From Octopus sinensis (Eukaryota): 64,000 nucleotides of DNA. The DNA lies in assembly GCF_006345805.1 (NCBI RefSeq), contig NC_043012.1, positions 38,254,001 to 38,318,000 of the forward strand. Reading direction: 5' to 3'. Made by a program: the position numbers and the translations under genes. The notes beneath the pieces are model-generated. The model made no database searches, had not been told where the DNA came from, and saw only the letters and a program-made list of their open reading frames with translations. Shown here piece by piece: positions 61,957-64,000 of this stretch. The stretch's first letter is position 1; the number at the start of each line of letters is the position of its first letter.

Positions 61957-62616
61957 ACCGTCCACCGTCACCATATATATATATATGGAAGCGGTAGAAA
62001 AAGTAGCGTTAGAGCTTGTTAGTAAGTAACCACTCTACTCGTTCTGCAAACTAATTTTAGTGAATTCTAGCATGTGTGGCAACGAGCAGCAACAGAATCG
62101 TTCCATATACGTCGCCGTGCTGCCTTTGACAAGATCAGTTCTATAGAATTAGTCATTGTTGCAAATATTATCTCTGTTTAGTAAATGGTTTAATATTAGG
62201 TTAAGAAGAACATAAAGACTTTGCACCGAGAAGTAACGTTAATTTGATTGGCGTGGTTATTACAGGTAAAAGGTGAACGAGTTGTACCACATTGGATACC
62301 GATGTACAGATAGGCAACTTGTGTAAGTCATCAGCAACGAGATACATATCGCCTCCTTGTTTGACATGTATAAAAATACGTATTCTCAGTTTACATCTAA
62401 AAATAGTTCTCAATATTCTCATTGACGTTCGTGCAGACAACCTACAACAGTTTCCAGTTCAAGAATTCTGAAGACAATAAACAATTTCCAAGATAAATTG
62501 CAAAGGAAGCTTATTAAGTGGAGACAAGCACTGCAAGTGCTTTGCTTCCAAAATTGCAAAGTAAAAGTGCGAGCTACTTATTACCTGAAAATAAGATTCC
62601 CCCTCCCCCCTCTCTC

Positions 62617-62623
62617 TCTATCC

Positions 62624-62704
<81 letters not shown>

Positions 62705-62739
62705 CCTATCTATCCGTCTATCTATCATCTATCTATCTA
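62617..62739 (+). repeat. (TATC)n microsatellite
   Basis: Direct reading. Confidence 0.95.
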
Positions 62740-62830
62740 GCTAACCACTACCACAACCAAAACACTCCGAAAAAAAGCTCTACTACCCACACCACCATCA
62801 ACACAGAAGACGACAAGAGAAGCACACTAA

Positions 62831-63460
62831 GCTAAGCCGTCAACAACCAAAAATTACTCAACACCTGAGAAACTACCACCACCACCAACAACAGCAAGAA
62901 CCAAAGGAACAGAAAAACAAAGAAAATATACAAAAACTGAATCCCCATCCCTTATACCGCACTCACCACACACAAACACTCAACAACCAACGGCAACGAA
63001 AACATCAACACAACCACTTACACAGACATATACAGAAGCCTACAACATACCCCTACCCCCTTCTGATACCTCAGAAAATTCGTCGGAAGACGAAACCATT
63101 GAGGAATGGCAAATAGCTAGAAAAGGAAGGAAAATAAAGAGCAGAGACACAACCAAACCAAATGCAAACACAAACAAAACAGGGGGAAATACATCTCCCG
63201 AAGACATTTCAAAACCCAACACAAACAACAGCCACACCAACACCACAAAAATATATACTGCAAACATGCTCACAGCTATAGACACCAAAAACACAAATTT
63301 GATGGAATACATCAAATCAAAAACAAACATAACAGAAGATGACATAAAAACAAGTAATCATCCATACACAACACCACCGGACCACATCAAAATACTTCAC
63401 AAAGAAACTTTACTCGAGGACAAACCAAAGGAGGAGAAAGCAAAAACTTTCGAGCAGTAA
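62831..63460 (+). CDS. C-terminal part of LINE ORF1-like frame (209 codons, T/P/N/K-rich, no upstream ATG)
   Basis: Open from the TAA at 62828 to the TAA at 63458; ends 44 nt before ORF2. Confidence 0.5.
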   Translation, partial: AKPSTTKNYSTPEKLPPPPTTARTKGTEKQRKYTKTESPSLIPHSPHTNTQQPTATKTSTQPLTQTYTEAYNIPLPPSDTSENSSEDETIEEWQIARKGRKIKSRDTTKPNANTNKTGGNTSPEDISKPNTNNSHTNTTKIYTANMLTAIDTKNTNLMEYIKSKTNITEDDIKTSNHPYTTPPDHIKILHKETLLEDKPKEEKAKTFEQ

Positions 63461-63504
63461 GTAACCCTCTGTTCCTTTCACTTGTATTCTAATTCATTAG
63501 GATT

Positions 63505-64000
63505 ATGATCAAGATTGGTTGTGTAAATGCGCGTGGCTTGGGGTCCCCTTGGAAACAAGGGTGCTTCTTAAATAACATAAAGTCACACAAGTTAGAAATC
63601 ATAGGCATAAGTGAGACCAGACTCCACAATCCGCGGGTCCTAATGACCATGTTTGGCGGACAGTTCAACATTTATTTTCCCCCCTGTCTGCCAAGAATGG
63701 GCGGTAGTGGCACCGCGGTACTTTTTCGCAAGAGTCTGGATCTCAAAGTAAAGACAATATTCGTAGACCCGGATGGTAGACTGGTCGTCCTGGATGTCGA
63801 CGGCAGCAATGGGTGCGCTTTTCGACTCGTATCAGTCTACGCACCGCCCTTAACAGGTCGGGCAGATTTCTTTCAACGTCTAGAAGTATTCTTGGGAACG
63901 TCTCGTCCTTTACTCTTAGTGGGGGATTGGAATGCTACCTTGGACGCGCATGTAGACTTCGTGGGCAGAGATAGGAAAAGACGGGGATGCAAATGCCTCA
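63505..64000 (+). CDS. Tx1 ORF2 N-terminus, apurinic-like endonuclease, open to the window end
   Basis: Hand translation: MIKIGCVNARGL...GISET...GSGTAVL...DGRLV...VYAP...LVGDWNA; no stop in 165 codons, hence absent from the ORF track. Confidence 0.9.
   Translation, partial: MIKIGCVNARGLGSPWKQGCFLNNIKSHKLEIIGISETRLHNPRVLMTMFGGQFNIYFPPCLPRMGGSGTAVLFRKSLDLKVKTIFVDPDGRLVVLDVDGSNGCAFRLVSVYAPPLTGRADFFQRLEVFLGTSRPLLLVGDWNATLDAHVDFVGRDRKRRGCKCL

Larger units (their letters stand above)
62740..64000 (+). mobile_element. L1/Tx1-clade LINE, truncated in ORF1, running off the window end
   Basis: ORF1-like open frame, short spacer, then AP-endonuclease ORF2. Confidence 0.85.

Noticed and set aside
62000-62600. 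Unique-looking sequence with short ORFs
   Set aside because: No recognisable domain, splice pattern or repeat structure

Overview
AT-rich, repeat-saturated animal genomic DNA. The SINE, LINE and microsatellite mix suggests a coleoid cephalopod (octopus-like); that is an inference. No host gene, rRNA or CRISPR array is supportable, and nearly all short ORFs in the track are translated microsatellites. Contents: (i) six fragments of R4/Dong-type restriction-like-endonuclease (RLE) LINEs, most abutting (TAA)n tracts, plus a ~590-bp non-coding element sharing the 3' terminus of one of them; (ii) two L1/Tx1-clade LINE copies, both next to (TATC)n; (iii) an RTE 3' fragment; (iv) two young Penelope-like elements (PLEs), one Neptune-like (27.7-29.6 kb) and one Hydra-like with ~860-bp inverted arms (57.1-61.0 kb), plus several solo PLE ends, together carrying six minimal hammerhead-ribozyme motifs with palindromic helix III; (v) a DD37D (maT) deletion derivative and a mariner 3' end; (vi) more than 15 tRNA-derived SINE pieces built from interchangeable heads and tails; (vii) a 100-N scaffold gap; (viii) a 17.5-kb array of a 28-bp, purine-skewed satellite. 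Best leads: non-canonical hammerhead variants, apparent (TATC)n targeting by Tx1, the putative R4-dependent non-autonomous element, the satellite, and a pre-miRNA-like hairpin. All alignments and folds were done by eye and need computational confirmation.
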